This document shows, in pieces, positions 37,214-48,998 of a stretch of 64,000 nt of DNA. The notes below the pieces were generated by a model that was not told where the DNA came from, searched no databases, and saw nothing but the letters and a program-made list of their open reading frames with translations. The first letter of the stretch is position 1. Every line of letters begins with the position of its first letter. Position numbers and translations under genes: made by a program. Source of the stretch: Mobula hypostoma (taxonomy: Eukaryota); assembly GCF_963921235.1 (NCBI RefSeq), contig NC_086104.1, positions 75,826,001 through 75,890,000 on the forward strand, written 5' to 3'.

Positions 37214-38829
37214 CACCAACCCCCAAAAACCCCTCCCCCACACAAAAAGCAACAAGAACATCGGTCCCCAGATCCCCCTCTCCCTGCACAAAACGCTATA
37301 AAAATATTGACTATATGACTGAAAAAGTCCATTGTCCATAGTCCATATTCATATCCAAAACACAGAAAAATCTTGGTAACATCCTCCAAGCACAGCGTCA
37401 GGCCACACAGGCTCCCCTCTCCAGCAGTAGAGTGATCCCACCAGCGACCAGAAGGCAGGCAGCCAACGCTAACCTCCACATTCACTTCGACTTTTCAATC
37501 TCTCTCGTCGTTTTAATCGGTGAACAATGTTAGCTTTAATCAGCAAAATGGAGTCGTGACTTCAGTTGGTGCTTGAATCCTCTCGGAGGCAGCAAAGCAC
37601 TGGATTATGCAAACGATCTCCAAACTGCAAATCGCAGGCTCCAACAGTTCCAGAAACACATTCAAGATGAAAAAAAAAAGCCATAAAAGACATACAAGAA
37701 GTGATTGTGGTTTATCCATAAGATGTCTACCATGGGAACCTCGTACGCAGGCACCATCTTGACCAGAAGAGATGAAGTGAGATTCTAGGGTATTCCTTTA
37801 GTAAATACACCTTTGCCAAGAAGGGATTTGATGGAGACATTAATTGAGATTCATCATGATCAATACATAAGAGGATTCTGTTCATTTGGCCCATTCCTTG
37901 TGACAAAAAACCGAGATGAATATAAATCGTGGCTGGAAGACCTTCAACCCAGTGGAAAATGGTCTCGGGAGCAAGCTGTTACCCATGACCAAGTGAAGTA
38001 AACTCACATTTTCGAGGTCCAGGACTATGTGCTAAGGGATGTGCTGAAGCTGTGTGCAACTTCTCAATGGGCTGTATTGTGAACAAATGATATCTGATAA
38101 AACGCTCATTTTAAATAATGAGAAATAACATGAAACATGAAACACTTGACTGAAGCATTCTGTAGTTACTTAGTTTTGATTCCTTTATGAGTAAAGTATA
38201 TTTGCACACATTTCCAAAGTATAAGTTGAAGGCTACAGACAGTCAAACTTCCCAGTTTCATTTCTCTGGAGAAGATGACAGCATCTAACTGTTTCTTTGA
38301 AACAAATTAATGTATTGTACTGAGCGCTTTGTGGTATTGGATTAGCCCAGACTTGCAGGAAATGTACAGCACAACTTCTCCAGCTGGCAGCCTGTCAGAA
38401 TCATTGCAGAAAGCCATCTTCATCCTCATTTATAAGAGGAGGAAGTGGGAGAAATCAGAAATTATCGGCTCATCTCACTGCTTCTTGTTGATGACAAAAT
38501 TCTGTGATTCTCACAGGCCGGGTCTGGCAAAATAGTCTTTGGCAGCTTCTCAGTACTCAGGGATACATTTGCCTCTATATAGCACAGTGAAGTGGACGCT
38601 GGTGGAGTGAGCTTTGACCAGTCCAACAGAAGACCCTTTAACAAACTATGAAGCAGATACACAATGGACATACCATCCAAAGTGGGGTTTGGAATGGGAT
38701 ACAGCAACTGGATATCACTGCCCTAACCCAAACATCAATAGCAAAGTCTTAACTATTAGATAGGAAATGAAGAATTTTCTGATCAAATTTTGAAGTCAGG
38801 TGAAGTTGCCTTCCCTCCCAGTGCGCTCA

Positions 38830-39420
38830 TAGAATTGCACATCACAGAAATAGGCTGTATCAGCCCAGGTCATCCATGCCTATCCACCTAACCCTATTTT
38901 CTTACATTAAGCCTGTGTCCCTCTACTCCTTCCCTAAGTATCTGCCCAAAGACCTTTTAAATATTGTAATAATTTCTGTTTCCATTACTTCATCTGGCAG
39001 CTCATTCCAAATATTCATCACCCTCTGTATAGAAATTCTTAATCCTCCTAACCTTAAAAATTCTCTAATTTTAAACCTGTGCCCTCTAGTTTTAGACTTC
39101 CCTGCCCTGAGCAACAGATTCTGACTACTGATCCCATGCATGATCCTCATAACTTTGTAAACCTCTCAGTTATCCCTCAGTTTATCATCTTCCACTGAAA
39201 ATTAATCCAGCCTACCCAACTTCTCGGAAAGTGGTGACACAGGTGGATAGGATATTGTGAGATATGCTTGCCTTCTTAGGTCAAAGCATTGAGTACAAGA
39301 GTTGGGATATCATGTTGCAATGTAGAAAACACTGAGTATATCACAGAGTATTGTGCATATTTCTGGTCACCTAACTACAGAAAGGATGAAGTAGCATTAG
39401 AGTACAGAAGAAATACATCA
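38830..39420. mobile_element. Old CR1 fragments in both orientations
   Basis: KTRGHRFKI..QRVMNIWNELP (minus) and YCAYFWSPNYRKD (plus). Confidence 0.7.
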
Positions 39421-39897
39421 GGATGTTCAGATTTATTTATCACATGTACATCAAAACATACAGCAGAATCCAGCCTTTGTGTTAACAACCAACACACCCC
39501 AGGACGCGCTGGGGGCAGCTGGCAAATGTTGCCTCGCATTCCAGTGCAATGAACATAGCATGTCCGCAATGTTCAACAACACAAGCAGCGACAACAACAG
39601 AACAGGAGCAGCAAAACAAGCTTCTTTCCCACTCTCCCACAGACAGGTCTCCAACCCCAGGAGAGGCCGCTTCAGGGCCTCCAGCGCTTGGCCTCAGACG
39701 CTCAACCCGTAGGAGCTCTGTGGTTGAAATCAATAGTTCAAGGTGCTTGTGTCAGTGCAGGCTGGAAACCATGCAGAAAATACTGTCAACTTACAGTCAA
39801 GGCATGTACGTGAAAAATACATAAATTTCTACAGATGTACTACAAATGCAAGTAAATGGAATGATACTTGCATTGTGGATGGTGACAAAGGAACATA

Positions 39898-40519
39898 CAA
39901 TGGATTCTGGTTAATTGGGCCATTGGTTAATCGGGCAGCCACTTATTTGGGACAACCCTTAAAGGACAAAAACTACTTGAGAAAATAGCCGGGATACCCT
40001 TAATTTATTTGGGATACTATGTTGCTTCATTGGGACAGAAAACTGTTGCCAAACTGTTTCTAACTGGTGTCAGTCACGTGCACTTGTATGACCGTTAAAC
40101 ATTAACACCATGCTTAGAGCAAACAGTTTTTAAATAGCATCAGTTGCATGTTCAAAAAGCAGTGATTTTTGTCACTGATAGTTGGCGAGAAATAAGCAGT
40201 AAGACAACTCAGAACTGTCTTGCTCACTGCAGTTTCAAGCATTCAGACTTGGAGATGCCAGGAGCAACCGAGAGTGAAAACAAAATGATTTCACTACTTC
40301 AACAAGTTTGGAAGTTGAAAGCATCAACAATCACATTGAATGTTGCAATGAAAATGAAGATTTGGAATATGCAATTGTTGAAAGCATTGTATGAAGGCAG
40401 TCCATTATCTGCACTAGGGGCCTGTGCTGATTATGTTCATTTCGAGTCATTCAGTAGAACACGGCAACATGCACTGGATGAATTCTTCCATTGGTAACTA
40501 TTACAAATACAGTTTTATA
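39898..40519 (+). mobile_element. Tigger/pogo-like DNA transposon remnant, interrupted by the PLE and continuing at ~43096-43229
   Basis: TA|CAATGGATTCTGGTTAATTGGG terminus; VQKAVIFVTDSWREISSKTTQNCLAHCSF resembles the pogo DDE C-terminus. Confidence 0.65.
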
Positions 40520-40620
40520 GTCAAACAACAGGAATTCTGCAGATGCTGGAAATTCAAGCAACACACATCAAAGTTGCTGGTGAACGCAGCAGGCCAGGCA
40601 GCATCTGTAGGAAGAGGTGC

Positions 40621-40656
40621 AGTCGACGTTTCAGGCCGAGACCCTTCGTCAGGACT
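40621..40656 (-). ncRNA. Minimal type I hammerhead ribozyme (PLE-associated), intact core
   Basis: AGUC-CUGACGA-A-GGGUCUCGGCCU-GAAA-CGUC/GACU: conserved core boxes, helix I AGUC:GACU, palindromic ACGU helix III, GUC cleavage triplet. Confidence 0.8.
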
Positions 40657-40951
40657 AACTGAAGGAAGAGTGAGTAAGGGATTTGAAAGTTGGAGGGGAA
40701 GGGGGAGATCCAAAATGATAGGAGAAGACAGGAGAGGGAGGGATGGAGCCAAGAGCTGGACAGGTGATAGGCAGAAGGGGATACGAGAGGATCATGGGAC
40801 AGGAGGTCCGGGAAGAAAGGCAAGGGGAGGGGGTGACCCAGAGAATGGGCAAGAGGTATATTCAGAGGGACATAGGGAGAAAAAGGAGAGTGAGAGAAAG
40901 AATGTGTGCATAAAAATAAGTAACAGATGGGGTACGAGGGGGAGGTGGGGC

Positions 40952-43081
40952 CTAGCGGAAGTTAGAGAAGTCGATGTTCATGCCATCAGGTTGGAGGCTA
41001 CCCAGACGGAATATAAGGTGTTGTTCCTCCAACCTGAGTGTGGCTTTATCTTTACAGTAGAGGAGGCCGTGGATAGACATGTCAGAATGGGAATGGGATG
41101 TGGAATTAAAATGTGTGGCCACTGGGAGATCCTGCTTTCTCTGGCGGACAGAGCGTAGATGTTCAGCAAAGCGGTCTCCCAGTCTGCGTCGGGTCTCGCC
41201 AATATATAAAAGGCCACATCGGGAGCACCGGATGCAGTATATCATCCCAGTCGACTCACAGGTGAAGTGTTGCCTCACCTGGAAGGACTGTCTGGGGCCC
41301 TGAATGGTGGTAAGGGAGGAAGTGTAAGGGCATGTGTAGCACTTGTTCCGCTTACACGGATAAGTGCCAGGAGGGAGATCAGTGGGGAGGGATGGGGGGG
41401 AAGAATGGACAAGGGAGTTGTGTAGGGAGCGATCCCTGCGGAATGCAGAGAGAGGGGGGGAGGGAAAGATGTGCTTAGCGGTGGGATCCCGTTGGAGGTG
41501 GCGGAAGTTACGGAGAATAATATGTTGGACCCGGAGGCTGGTGGGGTGGTAGGTGAGGACCAGGGGAACCCTATTCCTAGTGGGGTGGCGGGAGGATGGA
41601 GTGAGAGCAGATGTATGTGAAACGGGGGAGATGTGTTTAAGAGCAGAGTTGATAGTGGAGGAAGGGAAGCCCCTTTCTTTAAAAAAGGAACACATCTCCC
41701 TCGTCCTAGAATGAAAAGCCTCATCCTGAGAGCAGATGCAGCGGAGACGGAGGAATTGCGAGAAGGGGATGGCGTTTTTGCAAGAGACAGGGTGAGAAGA
41801 GGAATAGTCCAGATAGCTGTGAGAGTCAGTAGGCTTATAGTAGACATCAGTGGATAAGCTGTCTCCAGAGATAGAGACAGAAAGATCTAGAAAGGGGAGG
41901 GAGGTGTCGGAAATGGACCAGGTAAACTTGAGGGCAGGGTGAAAGTTGGAGGCAAAGTTAATAAAGTCAACGAGTTCTGCATGCGTGCAGGAAGCAGCGC
42001 CAATGCAGTCGTCGATGTAGTGAAGGAAAAGTGGGGGACAGATACCAGAATAGGCACGGAACATAGATTGTTCCACAAACCCAACAAAAAGGCAGGCATA
42101 GCTAGGACCCATACGGGTGCCCATAGCTACACCTTTAGTTTGGAGGAAGTGGGAGGAGCCAAAGGAGAAATTATTAAGAGTAAGGACTAATTCCGCTAGA
42201 CGGAGCAGAGTGGTGGTAGAGGGGAACTGATTAGGTCTGGAATCCAAAAAGAAGCGTAGAGCTTTGAGACCTTCCTGATGGGGGATGGAAGTATATAAGG
42301 ACTGGACATCCATGGTGAAAATAAAGCGGTGGGGGCCAGGGAACTTAAAATCATCGAAAAGTTTAAGAGCTTGAGAAGTGTCACGAACATAGGTCGGAAG
42401 GGATTGAACAAGGGGGGATAAAACAGTGTTGAGGTATGCAGAAATGAGTTCGGTGGGGCAGGAGCAAGCTGAGACAATAGGTCGGCCAGGACAGGCAGGT
42501 TTGTGGATCTTGGGTAGGAGGTAGAAACGGGAAGTGCGGGGTGTGGGAACTATAAGGTTGGTAGCAGTGGATGGGAGATAACCTGAGCGGATAAAGTCGG
42601 TGATGGTGTGGGAGACAATGGCCTGGTGCTCCTTAGTGGGGTCACGATCGAGGGGTAAATAAGAGGAGGTATCCGCGAGTTGTCGCTGTGCCTCGGCAAC
42701 GTAGAGGTCAGTACGCCAGACTACAACAGCACCCCCCTTATCGGCGGGTTTAATAATAAGGTTAGGATTAGTGCGGAGGGAGTGGAGAGCAGAGCGTTTT
42801 GAAGGAGTGAGGTTGGAATTGGGACAAGGTGCGGTGAAGTCGAGACGGTTAATGTCCCGTCGGCAGTTAGCGATAAAGAGATCCAGAGCAGGCAGAAGAC
42901 CAGAGCGGGGTGTCCATGAAGAAGAGGAGGGTTGAAGATGGGAGAAGGGGTCATCGGTGGGGGTTGAAGAGTCCTTGCCGAAGAAGTAGGCTCGGAGACG
43001 GAGACGGCGGAAGAAAAGTTCCGCATCGTGGAGAACACGGAACTCGCTGAGGTGTGGGCAAAGGGGGACAAAGGTGAGGCC
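40952..43081 (-). CDS. PLE reverse transcriptase plus GIY-YIG endonuclease; ~710 uninterrupted codons, N-terminus truncated
   Basis: Manual translation upstream of the tracked Met (42313) has no stop: GLTFVP...IIKPADKGGAVVV...FYLLPKIHK...GRPIVS...MDVQSLY...MGTRMGPSYA...YIDD...CKRNKCYTC...IYCIRCSRCGLLYIGET. Confidence 0.88.
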   Translation of the reverse strand, partial: GLTFVPLCPHLSEFRVLHDAELFFRRLRLRAYFFGKDSSTPTDDPFSHLQPSSSSWTPRSGLLPALDLFIANCRRDINRLDFTAPCPNSNLTPSKRSALHSLRTNPNLIIKPADKGGAVVVWRTDLYVAEAQRQLADTSSYLPLDRDPTKEHQAIVSHTITDFIRSGYLPSTATNLIVPTPRTSRFYLLPKIHKPACPGRPIVSACSCPTELISAYLNTVLSPLVQSLPTYVRDTSQALKLFDDFKFPGPHRFIFTMDVQSLYTSIPHQEGLKALRFFLDSRPNQFPSTTTLLRLAELVLTLNNFSFGSSHFLQTKGVAMGTRMGPSYACLFVGFVEQSMFRAYSGICPPLFLHYIDDCIGAASCTHAELVDFINFASNFHPALKFTWSISDTSLPFLDLSVSISGDSLSTDVYYKPTDSHSYLDYSSSHPVSCKNAIPFSQFLRLRCICSQDEAFHSRTREMCSFFKERGFPSSTINSALKHISPVSHTSALTPSSRHPTRNRVPLVLTYHPTSLRVQHIILRNFRHLQRDPTAKHIFPSPPLSAFRRDRSLHNSLVHSSPPSLPTDLPPGTYPCKRNKCYTCPYTSSLTTIQGPRQSFQVRQHFTCESTGMIYCIRCSRCGLLYIGETRRRLGDRFAEHLRSVRQRKQDLPVATHFNSTSHSHSDMSIHGLLYCKDKATLRLEEQHLIFRLGSLQPDGMNIDFSNFR

Positions 43082-43229
43082 CTTACAGTTTTATAATACT
43101 AGTAGCGTCCTAATTGTTCTGTATTCATTATATATATTTAAATACATAATTTGTATATATATATATTTAAATACATAATTTGCTATTTAGTTAAATGGTA
43201 GTTTGCCTTTTTTTATACCTTTTTAACTA

Positions 43230-43975
43230 TAGGTTGAGTACCCCTATCCAAAATTCCAAAATCTGAAAACCTCAAAAATCAGAATTTTTTTTTTTGAATG
43301 CTGAGATGACGTTGCAAATGGAAAATTCCACAAGGTGCTGGGAATGTTCCTAGGCGGTATACAGGTCTCTGTGCTCTACAGGCAGTTCTGAGAAGTGACC
43401 TCACATGTAATGAACAGAAGTTAATGAAAAATAGAAAAAACATTGCATAAAGTGAAAAGTGACAATATTGATTGTGTACTGAGAATGGATTCATCAGCGG
43501 AGTGTCACTTAACAGTCTGCTGATCATGAAACAAGCAAAGATCTATCAGGACAAACTCAAAATTGAAGGTAATTGTTTCATGCACAAAATTATTAAAAAT
43601 ATTATATAAAACTACACCCCTCCCATCGTAGTTGCTGTGGAATGGGCAGTTGTTTGAAATCAATGGTGGATACGAATCCAATAGCAGCACTGGAGCACGA
43701 TAATAGATGTAGTCGGGGGCAGCCATTTAACTCCGACACTCTGTGGAGGACCCAGCTCCATCAGGTCAGACTGCGCTCTGACTGCAGGCTGTTCATTTTG
43801 TGAGCTTCACACCAGCCGTACTTAAGCTGTATATGTAAATAGATACTGCGTTTAGACTTGAGTCCTATCCCCAAGGTATCTCATTATTTAGATGCAAATA
43901 TTCCAAAATCTGAAAGAATCTGAAATCAGAAACACTTCTGGCCCCAAGTATTTTGCATAAGGAATGCTCAGTCTA
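43230..43975 (+). mobile_element. Tigger4/Zombi (MER46)-like pogo derivative
   Basis: TA-flanked TIRs (TAGGTTGAGTACCCCTATCC...GCATAAGGAATGCTCAGTCTA); AAAATCTGAAA subterminal motifs; transposase remnant VSLNSLLIMKQAKIYQDKLKIEGNC. Confidence 0.75.
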
Positions 43976-45359
43976 TATTCCCATCTGTATTCTATTGACC
44001 ATGATTGTTCTTGGCAAATTCTTCTTCAGCCAAGTGGTTTGCCATTGACTTTTTCTGGGCAGTGTCGTTACAAGACAGGTGACCCAGCCATTATCAATAT
44101 TCTTCAGGGATTGTCTGTCTTGCACCAGTGGTCAGATAACCAGGACATGATATGCATCTGCAGCTCATAAAAGCATCCACTACCTGCTGCCATGGCTTCA
44201 TATGATCCTGATCAGTAGGGGCTAAGCAGGTGCTACACCTTGCCCAAAAGTGACCTATAGGTTAGCAGAGGGAAGGGGTGCCTTGCACCTCCTTTGGTAG
44301 AGATGTATCTCCACCCCGCCAACCAACAAGTTTGTATATAGTATACATAATTTGGTAATAAATTGACTTTGAATTAGTAAGTGATGTAATCAATGTCCCC
44401 ACAGCATATGTGCACACAGTCAAGCAATGATGACCAGATTAGCTATTCAACTGAAGAGAAAGCAAAAAATAAAAATGCAGATGCTGGAAATCTGAAATCA
44501 AAACAGAGTACACTGTAAATACTAAACAAGTTGCACGGCATCTGTGCAGAGAAAAACAGTTCATGTTCCAGGGAGACAGAGAGACTGCAGATGCTGGAAA
44601 CTGGAATACCCAATACATAGTGGGAAAGTAAGAGGTGAAAAAGGGCAGTTGTTGTATCTCCTTTGGTTGCAAAGGAAGGTTTCCATGAATGTGTGTTGGG
44701 GGAGATGATAAGAGTAGACCAGAATGTTATAGGGAATACAGAATGTTGGGAAAATATTTCTGGCATAGGTGTGACATTGATGATGACAGAAATTACAAAC
44801 CAGAGTCTGAATATGGTATGGTGGAAGGCACGCAAAAAATGAGTCCTGAACCTACTCTGGATGCCTTATATTTCCCCACCCTAACACAAAAATTCTTATT
44901 GCTTTTCCCATTCCTCCTCTGTAATTCAAGTCATTGCTTCAATGAAGCTCAATATAAACTTGAGTAGCAGCATCTAATTTGGCACCATATAGCCCTCAGG
45001 AGCTAACATTTCTCAGTTTGGACTCTTGCCAGTGACAGGGATTTTTTTTTTCTACTTTTGTTCACAGGATATTCCAAGTGCACATTTATTATCCAGCCCT
45101 GATTACCCTTTGATAAGAAGCAGATTCAGGTTTAATATCACTGGTATATGTCGCAAAATTTGTTGTCTTTGCGGCAGCAGTAAAATTCAATACATAATAG
45201 AGAGAAAGAAAACTGAATTACAGTAAATATATTTGCTATGTATACACCAAATCTCTCTATATACTATATATACATATAAATAGTTAAATTAAATTAGTGC
45301 AAAAATAAAAATAAAAAACGAGTAATGAAGTTGCGTTTATAGGTTCAATGTCCATTCAG

Positions 45360-46830
45360 AAATCAAATGGCAGAGAGGAAGAAGCTGACCAGAATTGCTG
45401 AGTGTGTGCCTTCCGGCTTCTGTACCTCCTTCCTGATAGTAGCAATGATAAATAGGGTGTGTCCAAGGTGATGGGGGTCCTTGAAGGTGGATGTGCCTTT
45501 TTGAGGCATTGCAGCTTGAAGATGTCCTAGATACTACAGAGGATAGTGTCCATGATGGAGTTGACTAAGTTTGCAACTCTCTGTAGCTAACATCGACCTT
45601 GTGCAGTGTCCCCCCACCCCACTACCAGACAGTGATACAGCCAGTTAGAATGCTCTCCACGGTACACCTGTAGAAATTTACAAGTGTCTGGTAATATACA
45701 AAATCTCCTCAAACTCTGAATGAAATATTGCTGCTGTCATGCCTTCTATGTAGCTGCATCGATATATTGGGCCAGGGTAGATCCTCAGAGATGGAACTTG
45801 AAATTGCTCACTCTCTCCACTTCTGATCCCTCTATGAAGACTGGTGTGTGTTCCCTCGTCTTATCCTTTCTGAAGTCTACAGTCTTTGGTCTTACTGACT
45901 GCCACCCCTCAACTAGCTGATATATCCCACTTCTGTATGCCTTCTTGTCACTATCTGAAATTCTGCCAACAATAGTTGTATCATCAGCAAGTTTCACTTC
46001 AGCTGTGCCTAGTCACACAGTCATGGGTGTAGAGAGTAGAGCAGTGGGCTAAGCACACATCCCTGAGGTGTGCCAGTGTTGACTGTCAGTGGGATGGAGA
46101 CGTTATTTCTGATCCGCACAGATTGTGGTCTTCCGGTTAGGAAGCAGAGGATCCAGTTGCTGAGGTGGGGTACAGAGGCATGTGTTTTGGAGCTTTTTGA
46201 TTAGAACTGTAGGAATGATTGTGTTAAATGCTGAGCTGTAGTCAATAAACACCATCCTGAATAGGTATTAGTATTTTCCAGGTGATCTAAGGCAGCGTGA
46301 AGAGCCAATGAGATTGCATCTGCCGTAGACCTGTTGTGGCAATGGGCAAAATGCAGTGGGTCCAGTCCTTGCTGAGACAGGAGTTAATTCTAGACAGAAC
46401 CAATCTCTCAAAGCACTTCATCACCATAGATGTGAGTGCTACTGGATAATAGTTGTTGAGGCAGCTCACCCTGCTCTTGGGCACTGGTATGATCGTTGCC
46501 CTTTTGAAGAGGTGGGAACTTCCGACTACAGCAATGAGACAGAGAAAATGTCTTTCAACATGCCTGCCAGTTGGTTGGCACAGGTTTTCAGAGACCCGCC
46601 AGGTACTCCATCAGAGCCTGTCACCTTCCGAGGGTTCACCACTTTGAAAGAGAATCTGACATTAGACTCCAAGACAGATCACAGGGACACTGGGTGCTGC
46701 AGGATTCCTCATAGCTGGAGTTTTATTTTCCCTTACAAAGCGTGCACTGAGCTGATCCAGGAGTGAAGCATCACTGCCATTCAAGATGTTAGGTTGTACT
46801 TTGTAGGAAGTAATGGCCTGCAATCCCTGC
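45360..46830 (-). mobile_element. Rex1/Babar-like LINE RT fragment
   Basis: LWQGLQAITSYK; [28 protein letters not shown]; KLADDTTIVGRI; VERVSNFKF. Confidence 0.85.
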
Positions 46831-47493
46831 CAGAGTTTGAAGGTCATTACTTCCCAGCATTCAAGCCCTTGAGTTTGGGGCTTCATCCAGGGACCTCATT
46901 TGTCATCATCGGAGAGTTCCAAGTCAATACAAAGATTGAAGCCCAAAGGCCAATTGAGGTCCAGAATTTGAGTCCTCATGGCTGGAATCTGGGTCTGGAA
47001 ATCTCTGATAAGTCACGACTCAGTATCTGCAGATCCATGAGTCCACTGGAGGGTGGAGGCCGAAGAAGACAGCCAGTCCTGGAGCCAGAGCAGGAGTTCC
47101 TGACATTTTTTATGCGATTAAGCAAGGGATCGATGGACCCCTGGGTCAGAAGACTGTGTGTGGCTGGGTGGGAGGTAGGAGGAAGAGGAATGGGGCTCGT
47201 TTTCCTGCTGTTGCCCGGTTTTGTTGTGTTCTGTGTTCCATCATGCACTTCAGGCGTGCTATATCAGTGCCACAGTGTGTGGGACACTTCCGGCCTGCCC
47301 ACAGCACATCCTTGGGTGTGTTGGCTGTTCACACAAATGACCCATTTCACTGTATGCTTCAATGTACACTGACAAATAAATCAAAATCTGAATCTGATCT
47401 TGGAGTGCAGGTGAGAATCAACTGCATTGCTGTAGGCCAAAAAACTAAGGTCTGCAGATTCTCTTCTCGAAAGACATTAAGAAATCAGACATT

Positions 47494-48625
47494 ACTGGAA
47501 ATTTTAGGTAATCCAAAGATAGCAGTAATAGGATGGGGAGAAATATCTGTATTCAACACCTTTGCGGTAATATTAAAAATGTCTTTCCAAAAAGCTTCCA
47601 AAGTACGACAGGACCAAAACATATGAGTTAAGGAAGCTATCTCCCAATGATATCTGTCACAAAGAGGTTAATATGAGAATAAAAATGAGTTAATTTATCT
47701 TTAGACATGTGTGCTCTATGAATAACTTTAATTTGAATTAGGGAATGTTTGGAACAGATAGAGGAAGTATTGACCAGTTGTAAAATATGCGCCCAGTCAT
47801 CGCCAAGATAGTAAAGCCCAATTCCTTTTCCCAATCTGACCTAATCTTATCGAATGGAGCTTTCCTAAGTTTCATGATAGTATTATAAATAATAGCCGTT
47901 ACACCTTTCTGACATGGGTTAAGGTTAATTATAGTATCTAAAATATATGTAGGGGGTAACGTCGGAAAGGAAGAAAGTATGGTACTTAGGAAATTTCTAA
48001 CTTGGGGATATCCAATTTCCAGTAATCTTTCCCCTTCAGCCCGTAGAATGATTGCATTTCTTACTTTAATGGCGAAAAGATGTATTTTACAACATTGGAA
48101 GGAGATTAATGCCCCAACTACGTTCTTTTGGTTTTCTCAGACAATACTATGTTTAAATTTGGAGAAAATCAGAAGTAATCTTTATGATACTTCAGTTAAA
48201 TTTGAACAGACCTAGAGATCTTTTATTCAACATTTTCATTTAATGTAATTTTTTTTTTCTCTTTGCCCATATTTACATTCCCTTCTTGCTTTTTAACTGT
48301 TTTTAACAGAGGTCAGGTTTGAGGACGTGGTTGTTTTAAGTTGTTTAAGTCTACTTGATACCTAGTTAGCCCATTGCTTTGCTTTGCTTTTTAGATTAGT
48401 TGCACGGTGGGGTTTTTTTGGGGTTTTTTCTTCTCTTTATTGATATGTACGGAAAATTAGTATACTATTATACTACCTTGTTATTTTATATCTAAACTGC
48501 ACTGTTCGTACTAATTTTTTTTGTGTATTAATATCTCTTGTAAATTTATATCGCAACAGTGTATTAGTTTCTACATGGTTTACCTTTTGTGTACTAATTC
48601 AATAAAAAGATTTAAAAAGAAAGAA
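47494..48625 (+). mobile_element. L1-clade LINE, 5'-truncated with 5' inversion
   Basis: TSD AAGAAATCAGACATT at 47479-47493 and 48626-48640. ORF2 C-terminus is on the minus strand in 47494-48013 and continues on the plus strand from 48014. AATAAA and an A-rich tail follow. Confidence 0.88.
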
Positions 48626-48699
48626 AAGAAATCAGACATTTTTAAACAACAACTTGTTTAGATTGACCGAGTTTCTTTGTCATCTTTATCTGAAATAAA

Positions 48700-48998
48700 A
48701 GATTGGTAATGTATCAGTTACAGCTTGGGGCGTTCCGAAGTTCGGAGTTCAATTCTGGCACCGTTCTATAAGGAGTCCTGGAAGTCCTCCCCGTGGAACG
48801 CGTGGGCTTTCTCAGGGTCCTCCTGTTTCCTCCCACAGTCCAAAAGATGTACCAAGTAGGTTAACTGGTCATAGTAAATTGCCCTGCGATTAGGTTAGGG
48901 TTAATTGGGTTTGTTAGGGATTGCTGGGGTAGCATGGCACGAAGGGCCAGAAGGGCCTACTCTGCACTGTATTGCTAAACAAACAGAAATAAATAAAC
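48700..48998 (+). mobile_element. V-SINE (HE1-like, tRNA-derived)
   Basis: B-box-like GAGTTCAATTC; V-domain core CTCCCCGTGG..CGCGTGGG...TTTCCTCCCACAGTCCAAA; CR1-like tail GAAGGGCCTACTCTG. Confidence 0.75.

Larger units (their letters stand above)
40520..43083 (-). mobile_element. Penelope-like element (Neptune type), 5'-truncated, young
   Basis: TSD TACAGTTTTATA at 40508-40519 and 43084-43095; RT plus GIY-YIG frame; 3' UTR with a hammerhead motif. Confidence 0.93.

Noticed and set aside
40424-41158. 244-aa plus-strand ORF
   Set aside because: Chimeric: it crosses the Tigger/PLE junction and reads antisense through the PLE 3' end.
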